Of a DNA stretch of 52,398 nt, positions 45,317-52,398 are shown in pieces. Both the position numbers and the translations under genes were made by a program. The notes under the pieces were generated by a model. That model made no database searches, was not told the origin of the DNA, and worked only from the letters and a program-made list of their open reading frames with translations. The stretch spans positions 1 through 52,398 of the forward strand of contig JAJZJU010000002.1 of assembly GCA_021809895.1 (NCBI GenBank), given 5' to 3'. The DNA comes from a bacterium. GTDB taxonomy: Bacteria > Chloroflexota > Dormibacteria > Aeolococcales > Bog-877. Within the stretch, counting starts at the first letter, position 1; the number at the start of each line of letters is the position of its first letter.

Positions 45317-46164
45317 GCCAGAATCCGGTCGGTCTCCCGGTTGGGCGCTGCCAGCACGGCCAGGAGCTGGCCCAGGACCTCCTTCAACTCGCGTCGGTCG
45401 ACGACGCGGTCGATGAGGCCTCGAGCGTGGTGGAACTCGGAGGTCTGGAAGCCGGCAGGCAACTGCTCGTAGGTGGCCTGGGTTATCACTCGGGCACCTG
45501 TGAATCCGATCATCGCCTTGGGCTCGGCCAGGATCACATCTCCCAGGGCGGCGAAGCTGGCGATGCTGCCTCCCATGGTGGGATCCACCAGGATCGAGAT
45601 GAACGGCAGGTGGGCTTCGGCCAGTTGATGCAGAGCCGAGACGCTCTTGGCCATCTGCATCAGCGAGAAGACTCCCTCCTGCATTCGAGCCCCTCCCGAG
45701 GAGGTGACGCACACGAAGGGGATCTGCTGCTCAGCACTGTGCTCGATCGCCCGGGCCAGCCTCTCCCCGACCGCGGTCGAAAGGCTGCCTCCCAAAAAGC
45801 CGAAGTCAAAGGCGGCGACGCCGGCCGGGTGGCCCTCGATGGTGCCGGCTCCGGTGAGGAGAGCATCCGGTAGCTGCTGACGGGCCCTGGCCTCGTCAAG
45901 CCTTTCGGTATAGGCACGGGTGTCGAAAAAACCCAGCCGGTCAGTCCCGGCCAGACTTTCGTCCCACTCTTGGAAGGAGCCCTTGTCCACCAACTGGCGG
46001 ATCCGCTCGTGGGCTCCGATCCGGGCGTGATGGGAGCATCCCGGGCAGACGTATAGGGTCCCGGCGACCTGGGCGGCCGGATACGTTGCGTGACAGGCGG
46101 AGCAGGTGAATGCTCCGTGGTCATTGCTGGTCTGGGCTCGGGTGTAGCCCGGGCTTATCGCCAT
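45313..46164 (-). CDS. accD: Acetyl-CoA carboxylase carboxyltransferase subunit beta
   Basis: N-terminal zinc ribbon CSACHATYPAAQVAGTLYVCPGCSHH, followed by FGFLGGSLS and the carboxyltransferase core. Confidence 0.9.
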   Translation of the reverse strand: MAISPGYTRAQTSNDHGAFTCSACHATYPAAQVAGTLYVCPGCSHHARIGAHERIRQLVDKGSFQEWDESLAGTDRLGFFDTRAYTERLDEARARQQLPDALLTGAGTIEGHPAGVAAFDFGFLGGSLSTAVGERLARAIEHSAEQQIPFVCVTSSGGARMQEGVFSLMQMAKSVSALHQLAEAHLPFISILVDPTMGGSIASFAALGDVILAEPKAMIGFTGARVITQATYEQLPAGFQTSEFHHARGLIDRVVDRRELKEVLGQLLAVLAAPNRETDRILA

Positions 46165-46263
46165 CCGCGTCCTCCCTCAGTAACTTCCGGCTCGGGCGCA
46201 CAGCCGGTACCTGGGCCGGTGAAGGCCGAAGGTCTCACGCGAGCAGAGTCCCGAGCCGATGGA

Positions 46264-46306
46264 AAGGTTACGCCACGGCCGGGAGGTCGGCCGACTGCGT
46301 AACCTT
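46264..46306. promoter_or_regulatory. Nested inverted repeat in the accD / fabH divergent region (candidate operator or leader stem-loop)
   Basis: AAGGTTACGC-cac-GGCCG-ggaggt-CGGCC-gact-GCGTAACCTT has perfect 10-bp outer arms and perfect 5-bp inner arms. A related CCTTGAAGG element lies about 15 nt downstream. Confidence 0.4.
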
Positions 46307-46393
46307 GGGGTCGTCGTGAACCTTGAAGGGCCCATGGGGCCAGTTTGGCGAGCCAACTCGACCCCCGGCGGCCCCGGTGGGGGATGTCGGGTG

Positions 46394-47419
46394 ATGGGAC
46401 TGGGCAGCGCTCTACCTAGCACCCGGGTCACCAACGCCGACCTCGAGGGTTTCCTGGACACCTCTGACGAGTGGATCGTCAGTCGCACTGGGATCCGCGA
46501 GCGGCGCGTTGCCGGCCCTGAGGAGAACCTTCTCAGCCTGGCCGCCAGGAGTGCCAGAGCTTGCCTGGCCGCCGCCTCGGTCTCGCCCCAGGAGGTCGAC
46601 ACCATCATCTGCTCCAGCAGCTCCCCCGACGAGACATTTCCGTCGCTGGCCTGCCGGCTGCAGGCGGAGCTGGGCTGTCCGCTGGGACCCGCCTTCGACA
46701 TCCAGGCGGCCTGCTCGGGGGCGATCTACGGGCTGGCTATGGCGCAGTCCCTCATCCAGAGCGGCATGAGCCGCCGGGTCCTGGTGGTGGCGGCGGAGAT
46801 CTTCTCAAGGCTTGTCGACTGGTCGGACCGGTCCACCGCGGTGCTCTTCGGGGACGGAGCGGGAGCGTTTTTGGTGGGAGGTCCCGCGGACCCCGGCAGC
46901 GAGATCCTCGCCTTGGAGCTGGGCGCCGACGGCCGAGGCGCGGCCGCCCTGGGCACCCAGGCGGTATCGCCGGATCCGCAATCCCTGCCGGGGATGCCCG
47001 ATTACACCTCGTCCCAGCGGTCGTTGGGACGGGTCGTCACGATGAACGGCCGGGAAGTCTTTCGCTTCAGCACCAGGATCCTGGAGCAGGTGGTGGCTCG
47101 TCTGGCGCAGTCGGCGGGCATGACCACCTCTGAGATCACGCTGGTGGTGCCGCACCAGGCCAACTCCAGGATTCTGGCGACCGCGGCCGGCCGCCTCAAC
47201 TATCCCATCGAGCGGTTCGTTTCCAACGTTGAAAGGACCGGCAACACGTCCTCGGCCTCCATCCCTCTGGCGCTGGCCGAGGGCGCGGCGGGGGGGCTCT
47301 GCCATGACGGCGACATGGTGTGCCTGGTCGCCTTTGGAGCCGGGCTGACCTGGGGGGGACTGCTGCTCCGCTGGGGCTCCATGGGCGTGGCGGTTGATGA
47401 CCCCAGGGGGCCAGCATGA
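46394..47419 (+). CDS. fabH: 3-oxoacyl-ACP synthase III
   Basis: MGLGSALPSTRVTNADLEGFLDTSDEWIVSRTGIRERR, active-site AACSGAIYGL, PHQANSRI and GNTSSASIPLAL. The 45-aa in-frame upstream extension from ATG 46259 is atypical for FabH, so it was trimmed. Confidence 0.9.
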   Translation: MGLGSALPSTRVTNADLEGFLDTSDEWIVSRTGIRERRVAGPEENLLSLAARSARACLAAASVSPQEVDTIICSSSSPDETFPSLACRLQAELGCPLGPAFDIQAACSGAIYGLAMAQSLIQSGMSRRVLVVAAEIFSRLVDWSDRSTAVLFGDGAGAFLVGGPADPGSEILALELGADGRGAAALGTQAVSPDPQSLPGMPDYTSSQRSLGRVVTMNGREVFRFSTRILEQVVARLAQSAGMTTSEITLVVPHQANSRILATAAGRLNYPIERFVSNVERTGNTSSASIPLALAEGAAGGLCHDGDMVCLVAFGAGLTWGGLLLRWGSMGVAVDDPRGPA

Positions 47420-47486
47420 GACGCGGGCCTGGCCACTCCGACGACGGTCTGGGTAGGAGAAGTTCGCCGATGGGCGGAGGACGCGC

Positions 47487-48740
47487 TTGACCCAGGCCGG
47501 GCCGCGCCGGGTGGTGGTAACCGGGATGGGCGCCGTCACTCCCCTGGGGGTGGGGGTCGGCCCCACTTGGGAGGGGCTCCTTGCTGGGCGCAACGGTGTC
47601 GCCAGGATTCAAGCCTTCGACCCCGAGCCCTATGGGTCGCAGATGGCCGGGGAGGTCCGCGACTTCGACCCCACCGACTTCATCGAGCGCAAGCAGACCA
47701 GCCGTACCGCTCGCTTCACCCAGTTCGCACTGGCAGCCACCAGTGAGGCGATGGAGCAGGCGAAGCTGCCCATCGATGACTCCAATCGGGACCTGGTCGC
47801 GGTGATAGTTGGTTCAGGGATCGGCGGGCTCAGGGTCACCGAGGAGGCGACCCTGACCCTGGCTGACAGAGGCCCTCGTCGCCTCAGCCCATTCACCGTC
47901 CCGATGATCCTCTCCGACATCGCCGCCGGAGAGATCGCCATGCGCTTTGGCGCCAGCGGGCCCAACTTCGCGCTGGTGTCCGCGTGCGCCAGCGGCGCTC
48001 ACGCGATCGGGGAGGCGGCCGAGATAATCCGGCGAGGGGATGCGGTCGCCGCCTTCTGTGGAGGCACCGAGGCCTCGATAACCCCGCTGGCCGTCGGCGC
48101 ATTCAGTTCCATGCGGGCGCTGTCCCAGCGCAACGATGATCCCCAGCACGCCAGTCGCCCCTTCGATCTGGATCGCGACGGGTTCGTGGTGGCGGAGGCA
48201 TGCGGAATCCTGATCCTCGAGGACTGGGAGCACGCCCGAGCCAGGGGAGCGCGGGTCCTGGCGGAGCTGGTGGGCTACGGTGCCAGCGCTGATGCCTACC
48301 ACCTGACCGCCCCTGAGCCGACCGGGCGCGGCGCCTGCCGGGCTATGCAGCGAGCCCTCGAGAAGGCGGGCGCATCCCCAGCCGACGTCGACTACATAAG
48401 CGCGCACGGCACCTCAACTCCCCTCAACGATGCCGCTGAGACGGCCGCCATCAAGCAGGTTCTGGGAGAGCGGGCGCGCCAGATCTCGATCTCGGCGGCC
48501 AAGTCGATGACCGGGCACAGCCTGGGGGCGGCGGGAGCCATCGAGTCGGTCTTCTCGGTCATGACCCTGGTGGATGGCCGGGTCCCCCCCACGATCAACT
48601 ACGAGACCCCCGATCCGGACTGCGACCTCGACTACGTGACCGAGGGTGCGCGCACGGTCAATCCGAAACTGGTGCTCAACAACTCCTTCGGGTTCGGCGG
48701 CCACAATGCCTGCCTCGCCTTCGCATCCGCTCGTGACTGA
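47487..48740 (+). CDS. fabF: 3-oxoacyl-ACP synthase II
   Basis: RVVVTGMGAVTPLG, ACASGAHAIGEA, HGTSTPLND, GHSLGAAG and the C-terminal NSFGFGGHNA. Confidence 0.93.
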   Translation: MTQAGPRRVVVTGMGAVTPLGVGVGPTWEGLLAGRNGVARIQAFDPEPYGSQMAGEVRDFDPTDFIERKQTSRTARFTQFALAATSEAMEQAKLPIDDSNRDLVAVIVGSGIGGLRVTEEATLTLADRGPRRLSPFTVPMILSDIAAGEIAMRFGASGPNFALVSACASGAHAIGEAAEIIRRGDAVAAFCGGTEASITPLAVGAFSSMRALSQRNDDPQHASRPFDLDRDGFVVAEACGILILEDWEHARARGARVLAELVGYGASADAYHLTAPEPTGRGACRAMQRALEKAGASPADVDYISAHGTSTPLNDAAETAAIKQVLGERARQISISAAKSMTGHSLGAAGAIESVFSVMTLVDGRVPPTINYETPDPDCDLDYVTEGARTVNPKLVLNNSFGFGGHNACLAFASARD

Positions 48741-48854
48741 CGGGGACATTTCAGGCTTGGGCCGGCCAGGAGCTTGGCGCCGATCTCCTGGGATGGACGG
48801 CGGTCGTCGCCCGCAGTGGCCTGCGTTGACACGCTGGCCAGAAGGCCCGGCCCG

Positions 48855-49601
48855 GTGACGGCCCAGGTCCTGGTTGCGCTGTCGGTCTTCGGCGCCTGCT
48901 CGGTGGAGATGGTGGAGGCACTCACCATCGTGATGGCGTCCGGGTTCACTCGGGGATGGCGATCCGCGCTCGAGGGGAGCGCCCTGGCGGTGGTCTGCCT
49001 TGCCATCGTGGTGGCCGCGCTCGGCCCTGCCCTGATCCACTACGTCCCTATCAACGTGCTCCGCCTGGTTGTGGGAAGCCTGCTGCTGGTGCTGGGGCTG
49101 CAGTGGCTGCGCAAGGCGATCCTGAGAGCCAGTGGCTACAAGGCCAAGCACGATGAGGCGGAGATCTACCGCCGCGAGGTGGAGCGGCTGTCGGGACAGC
49201 CACGCTCGGGCAGGGGACGCGATGCCACCGGCTTCGTGATCGCGTTCAAGGGGGTGTTTCTGGAGGGGATGGAGGTGGTCATGATCGTCCTGACCCTGGG
49301 GCTGAGTTCAGGCTATCTCGGGGTAGCCACTGTGGCCGCGGCGGCGGCGGTGGTGGTCATCGGGGGGATCGGAGTTGCGGTCGCGCGCCAGCTGAGTGAG
49401 GTGCCCGAGAACGGTATGAAGTTGGGAGTGGGCCTGATGCTGGTCACCTTCGGCACGTTCTGGGCAGGGGAGGGCGCGGGGGTCAGATGGCCAGGGGCGG
49501 ACCTGGCCCTGCTGGGGCTGCTGGCCATCTACGGGCTGGTCACCTGGGGGGCCGTGACTGCCCTGACCCGCGGCCGTCCTACGGCAGCAGCAGCGACATG
49601 A
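48855..49601 (+). CDS. Integral membrane protein, COG4280 / GDT1-UPF0016-like two-repeat topology (tentative)
   Basis: There are six predicted TM helices in two halves. Each half begins with an acidic motif (SVEMVEALTIV and FLEGMEVVMIV). The start is set at GTG 48855; the ORF is open from TTG 48774. Confidence 0.6.
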   Translation: MTAQVLVALSVFGACSVEMVEALTIVMASGFTRGWRSALEGSALAVVCLAIVVAALGPALIHYVPINVLRLVVGSLLLVLGLQWLRKAILRASGYKAKHDEAEIYRREVERLSGQPRSGRGRDATGFVIAFKGVFLEGMEVVMIVLTLGLSSGYLGVATVAAAAAVVVIGGIGVAVARQLSEVPENGMKLGVGLMLVTFGTFWAGEGAGVRWPGADLALLGLLAIYGLVTWGAVTALTRGRPTAAAAT

Positions 49602-49810
49602 CGGCCAGCCGCGCTCTGTCAGTGTTTGGCCACTTCTGGTGGGACTTCATCATCGGCGACACCCCGGAGGTCGCGGTCGGAGTGGCGGGTCTGATGATCA
49701 TCGGCTGGCTCCTCGCCCGCAGGCTGCCGGCGGCGGCGGTGGTGGTCCTACCCCTGGCGGTGGTCTTGCTGTTGGCGGCCAGCCTCTACCGGGGCACGCG
49801 TACCGCCTGA
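49598..49810 (+). CDS. Small (70 aa) two-TM membrane protein
   Basis: ATG 49598 overlaps the upstream stop (ATGA). MTASRALSVFGHFWWDFIIGDTPEVAVGVAGLMIIGWLLARRLPAAAVVVLPLAVVLLLAASLY has two hydrophobic helices. Confidence 0.5.
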   Translation: MTASRALSVFGHFWWDFIIGDTPEVAVGVAGLMIIGWLLARRLPAAAVVVLPLAVVLLLAASLYRGTRTA

Positions 49811-50030
49811 TCCGCTCGTCGTGCGGGCATCCCTGGCTTCCGACGTGCTGCGCCGGAAGTTGGTGATTCCACGGTGTCCGCTGATGGCGTAACCACCCTG
49901 TCTCGCCGCGGCCGGCTCGGCCAGGATGGGGTTATGAGGTTCGCCGCCTCTGCCCCATCATCACAGCGGAGCAGAGCGGCGGTGACGCCGAGGAGACCCG
50001 GCATCAGTCGGTAGGTTCAGGAGGCGGATC

Positions 50031-50609
50031 ATGAGACGCAAGACATTCGATGGGATCCTCACCGCAGGGGGTGGGCTGCTGACAGTGGTGCTGATCATGG
50101 CTGGGGCCTTGCTCATGTGGGGAGCGGTCTTCACCCAGAGCCAGGTGCACAGCCAGCTGGCCGCTCAGAAGATCTACTTCCCGACTGCGGCGGCCTTCGC
50201 CCACGCCGCTCCGGGCACGGAAATCACCCCTGGTATGAAGCCGTATCTCCTGAAGTACGCGGGTCAGCAGGTGCTGACCGGAGCGCAGGCGGAGGCCTAC
50301 GCCGACCACTTCATCGCGGTGCACCTCTCGGAGATGCCGTACCACGGGGTCTACTCCCTGATCAGCACAGCGGCCCGCTCCGCCACTCCGGGAACCACCC
50401 AGGCGGCCCAGCTTTCAGCACTTAAGACGACCGCATTCCAGGGCACCACACTGCGCGGCTTGCTTTTGGAAGCCTACGCCTACGGGACCATCGGCTCGAT
50501 CGCTCTGGTCGCCGCGATTGTCAGCTTCGTGCTGGCGGCGGTGTCGATCCTGCTCACGCTGGCTGGATACATGCACTGGCGGCGCACCTCACCTGCCGTT
50601 CAGATCTAA
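50031..50609 (+). CDS. Membrane protein, N- and C-terminal TM helices flanking a ~130-aa extracytoplasmic domain; unknown function
   Basis: AGGAGG sits 7 nt upstream of ATG 50031. The TM helices are GGLLTVVLIMAGALLMWGAVF and IGSIALVAAIVSFVLAAVSILLTLAGY. Confidence 0.65.
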   Translation: MRRKTFDGILTAGGGLLTVVLIMAGALLMWGAVFTQSQVHSQLAAQKIYFPTAAAFAHAAPGTEITPGMKPYLLKYAGQQVLTGAQAEAYADHFIAVHLSEMPYHGVYSLISTAARSATPGTTQAAQLSALKTTAFQGTTLRGLLLEAYAYGTIGSIALVAAIVSFVLAAVSILLTLAGYMHWRRTSPAVQI

Positions 50610-50615
50610 ACCAAC

Positions 50616-50636
50616 GCCTCCCCCAAGTGGGGAGGC
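50616..50636. terminator. GC-rich hairpin between convergent genes (candidate terminator)
   Basis: GCCTCCCC-caagt-GGGGAGGC has an 8-bp perfect stem. It starts 7 nt after the stop of the 50031-50609 gene. There is no U-tract. Confidence 0.45.
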
Positions 50637-50645
50637 AGATGGTAG

Positions 50646-50675
50646 GGGCTCCATCCCAAGCCGGGGATGGAGCCC
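50646..50675. terminator. Second GC-rich hairpin between convergent genes (candidate terminator)
   Basis: GGGCTCCATCCC-aagccg-GGGATGGAGCCC has a 12-bp perfect stem. It lies about 110 nt downstream of the minus-strand FMN reductase stop. There is no U-tract. Confidence 0.45.
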
Positions 50676-50787
50676 GTTGCTCGCCCCGGCGGGCAATCTC
50701 CTCGAGGGCGACTATCCTGCACACACACCTTGCTGCCATGCGCTCGCTTGGCCCATCTCACTCACCACCTGGAGCGAAATTCCCCCG

Positions 50788-51384
50788 CTACCGGGACGTG
50801 ACCATCTGCTCGGACGGTTGGCGCAGAGACGCCAACACCGCGGTCCAGCGCTGCAGCTCATCCAACATCTCCTGGGCGGCACCGTCCATCACCTGGTTGC
50901 TCTGCAGACGGCGGTCCTCGTCGAGGAATTGGCCGACAAATGGGATGTTGACCGACTCGAACACCGGCACCATCTTCAGGGTTGTGACCACCTGCTTCAG
51001 CATCTGCACGGCGCGGGTGCCGGCCGCCACTCCGCCGTAGCTGACGAACCCGATGGGCTTGTACTGCCACTCCTGGTTCAGATAATCAATGGCATTTTTC
51101 GTGGCCGCATTGAATCCGTAGTTGTACTCCGGGACCACGAATACGAAGGCGTCGGCCCTGGCCACGGTGCGGCTCCACGCCTGCGTGTGTTGATGGACGT
51201 ATTGGTGCAGGCGCGGATGATTGGGCTCGTCCATCAAGGGAAGATTGACCTCGGCCAGATCTACGATTTCCAGCTCAAACCCGCCGTGCTCCACGGCCTG
51301 GCTGTGGAACCACTGCGACACGGGCAGGCCGACCCTTCCCGGGCGAGTGCTGCCGATGACAATCTGAAGTAGAGGTTTTGGCAA
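50788..51384 (-). CDS. NADPH-dependent FMN reductase family protein
   Basis: From TTG 51384 (GGGAG 7 nt upstream) the sequence reads LPKPLLQIVIGSTRPGRVGLPVSQW..., then ADAFVFVVPEYNYGFNAATKNAIDYL and YKPIGFVSYGGVAAGTRAV, which are FMN_red motifs. The 88-aa upstream in-frame extension in the track looks non-protein-like. Confidence 0.85.
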   Translation of the reverse strand: MPKPLLQIVIGSTRPGRVGLPVSQWFHSQAVEHGGFELEIVDLAEVNLPLMDEPNHPRLHQYVHQHTQAWSRTVARADAFVFVVPEYNYGFNAATKNAIDYLNQEWQYKPIGFVSYGGVAAGTRAVQMLKQVVTTLKMVPVFESVNIPFVGQFLDEDRRLQSNQVMDGAAQEMLDELQRWTAVLASLRQPSEQMVTSR

Positions 51385-51828
51385 GGTAAGACTCCCGAGC
51401 TTCTTCGAACTCGATTGGATTGGGTGGCTCTGAGGCCGGAACACCTTTGAGGGTACCCAACACGCTCGCGCCACTCGCGGATCACGTTGGCCGCAGCGCC
51501 GTGACCACACAGCCGGGACCGTCCCATTCGTGACCTGACGGTCCCCCTGACCATCAGACCCACCTTCGCCTTCGATGTCACCGGAGCCCTCGTTTCCAGG
51601 GCTGACCTCAGCCCCGGCTGCCTCGGGCCGCCCAGCCCCGACCGCCAAGCCATGACCCAGGTAAGCGGTAGCGGCACCGAGGAGCCCGGCAGGTCATCGT
51701 CGAAAATAGCAGGGGCTGGACGGGTGGCTGCTGCGGTTCCGAGCGGCCCTGGACTCTGGGGACCAGCCGGGTAACTCCGACCGGTGTGTGCTCGTTCCGC
51801 CTCTGGTGATGATTCAAGGTGTTTGCCC

Positions 51829-52398
51829 GTGACCTGGCTCCGCGGTGTCACTCGGGTTCGCCCAGCGTTCATGGGGACCGCTGTCTTTGCCGCGGTCGCT
51901 GTCCTGGTCTGGTTGGCGATCGGGCTCGGGCCAGGAGGTCACGGGTCGGGCCCGGACCCAGGATCTGTCGCCCTGCATCCGACCACGACCGCGACTCGGA
52001 CTCCGGCGGCCACGGCGACGCCGACCTTTACCTGGACCCCGTACCCGGGGAAGCCCCAGGCCCCCCCCTATGTACCTCCGGCCACCGCTCAGGTGGTCTC
52101 GACCGTCAAGGCCCCGCCCCCCCTTATCGTCACTTACGACACCAGCCAGAAGATGACCACCACCTCAGCGGTGCGCTACATCGCACGCAACTATCGGGGG
52201 CAGATCGTCGGAAGTATCACCATCGACCAGGCAGCCCAGGCGGCAGGGGTGCTGGTTTCGCCGGATGGCTCCAAGCTCCTGATCGGGGACCTGGTTTTCA
52301 ACATCCACGGCCATGAGCTGGCGAATCTGTACTCGCCCATGTATGCGGATGCGCTGATCCAGCCGATCTGGGCCGACGACTCGGACCATCTCTGCGGA
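51829..52398 (+). CDS. Membrane-anchored protein with a Pro/Thr linker and a PD40/TolB-like beta-propeller-type start (partial; runs off the right edge)
   Basis: This frame is not in the ORF track because it has no stop within the window; it is open from 51775. It translates to (V)TWLRGVTRVRPAFMGTAVFAAVAVLVWLAIGLG...TATRTPAATATPTFTWTPYPGKPQAPPYVPP...VLVSPDGSKLLIGDLVFNIHGHE. G/C third-position bias is strong. The start is uncertain: GTG 51784, TTG 51823, GTG 51829 or ATG 51871. The overlapping 165-aa track ORF (51819) is Arg/Gly/Pro-rich and looks out of frame. Confidence 0.6.
   Translation, partial: MTWLRGVTRVRPAFMGTAVFAAVAVLVWLAIGLGPGGHGSGPDPGSVALHPTTTATRTPAATATPTFTWTPYPGKPQAPPYVPPATAQVVSTVKAPPPLIVTYDTSQKMTTTSAVRYIARNYRGQIVGSITIDQAAQAAGVLVSPDGSKLLIGDLVFNIHGHELANLYSPMYADALIQPIWADDSDHLCG

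Noticed and set aside
45317-45712. The in-frame upstream extension of accA (410-aa ORF). Similar extensions exist for pntB (to 27849), pntAA (to 29358), the DUF62 gene (to 5555), the FMN reductase (to 51648), the CitE-like gene (from 12017) and the anti-sigma factor (to 3247).
   Set aside because: Each extension overlaps a neighbouring real gene or a terminator, lacks family-typical sequence, and precedes an internal start that reproduces the canonical N-terminus of the family.
51395-51420. TTCGAA-containing hairpin-like sequence (CGAGCTTCTTCGAACTCG), considered as a tRNA T-arm or tRNA fragment.
   Set aside because: The flanks contain no acceptor, D-arm or anticodon-arm structure, and the loop size is wrong. 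It lies just upstream of the FMN reductase start, so it is more likely part of that gene's promoter or leader.

Overview
This is a high-GC (roughly two-thirds G+C by eye) bacterial chromosomal window. It is densely packed, with about 50 CDS and many translationally coupled start/stop overlaps of the ATGA/GTGA/TTGA type. The content is core metabolism and envelope functions. Left to right: a LON N-terminal-domain protein; an ECF-like sigma factor with a very large anti-sigma factor; NnrE and a DUF62 SAM hydrolase; an orphan groEL with a CIRCE operator and a strong terminator; a GNAT; an HExxH (DUF2342-type) metalloprotease plus a 556-aa acidic protein; a methyltransferase / small Cys4 protein / CitE-like lyase / Cys-Met PLP enzyme string; a TetR-MMPL pair with an AT-rich palindromic operator; a proline/hydroxyproline catabolic module (PRODH, P5C dehydrogenase, proline-racemase-family enzyme, Eda-type aldolase, APC permease); folC; a lipoprotein; three-gene PntAB transhydrogenase divergent from a GltD/NfnB-like flavoprotein-ferredoxin fusion coupled to KorAB; otsA/otsB; a Holin-X/DUF3618 pair; a GNAT; a MacB-type ABC exporter; an MTHFR-like protein coupled to a group II PLP decarboxylase; accD-accA divergent from fabH-fabF; several small membrane proteins; an FMN reductase; and a partial membrane-anchored protein at the right edge. 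I found no rRNA, tRNA, CRISPR array, transposase, integrase, prophage block or recognisable defence system. The many long extra ORFs in the track are antisense or out-of-frame artefacts of the high GC content. Gene content (MMPL, Holin-X/DUF3618, DUF2342 protease, split PntA, two-subunit KorAB, CIRCE-groEL without groES) suggests an Actinomycetota-like or related Terrabacteria lineage; this is inference only. I cannot point to a clear-cut undescribed system. The best candidates for follow-up are (1) the PRODH/P5CDH/racemase-like/KHG-aldolase cluster, which looks like a mammalian-type hydroxyproline route; (2) the GltD-like-ferredoxin fusion translationally coupled to KorAB next to PntAB; and (3) several uncharacterised coupled gene pairs and structured intergenic regions. 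All functional calls rest on my recognition of motifs in the translated ORFs. No database search was run.
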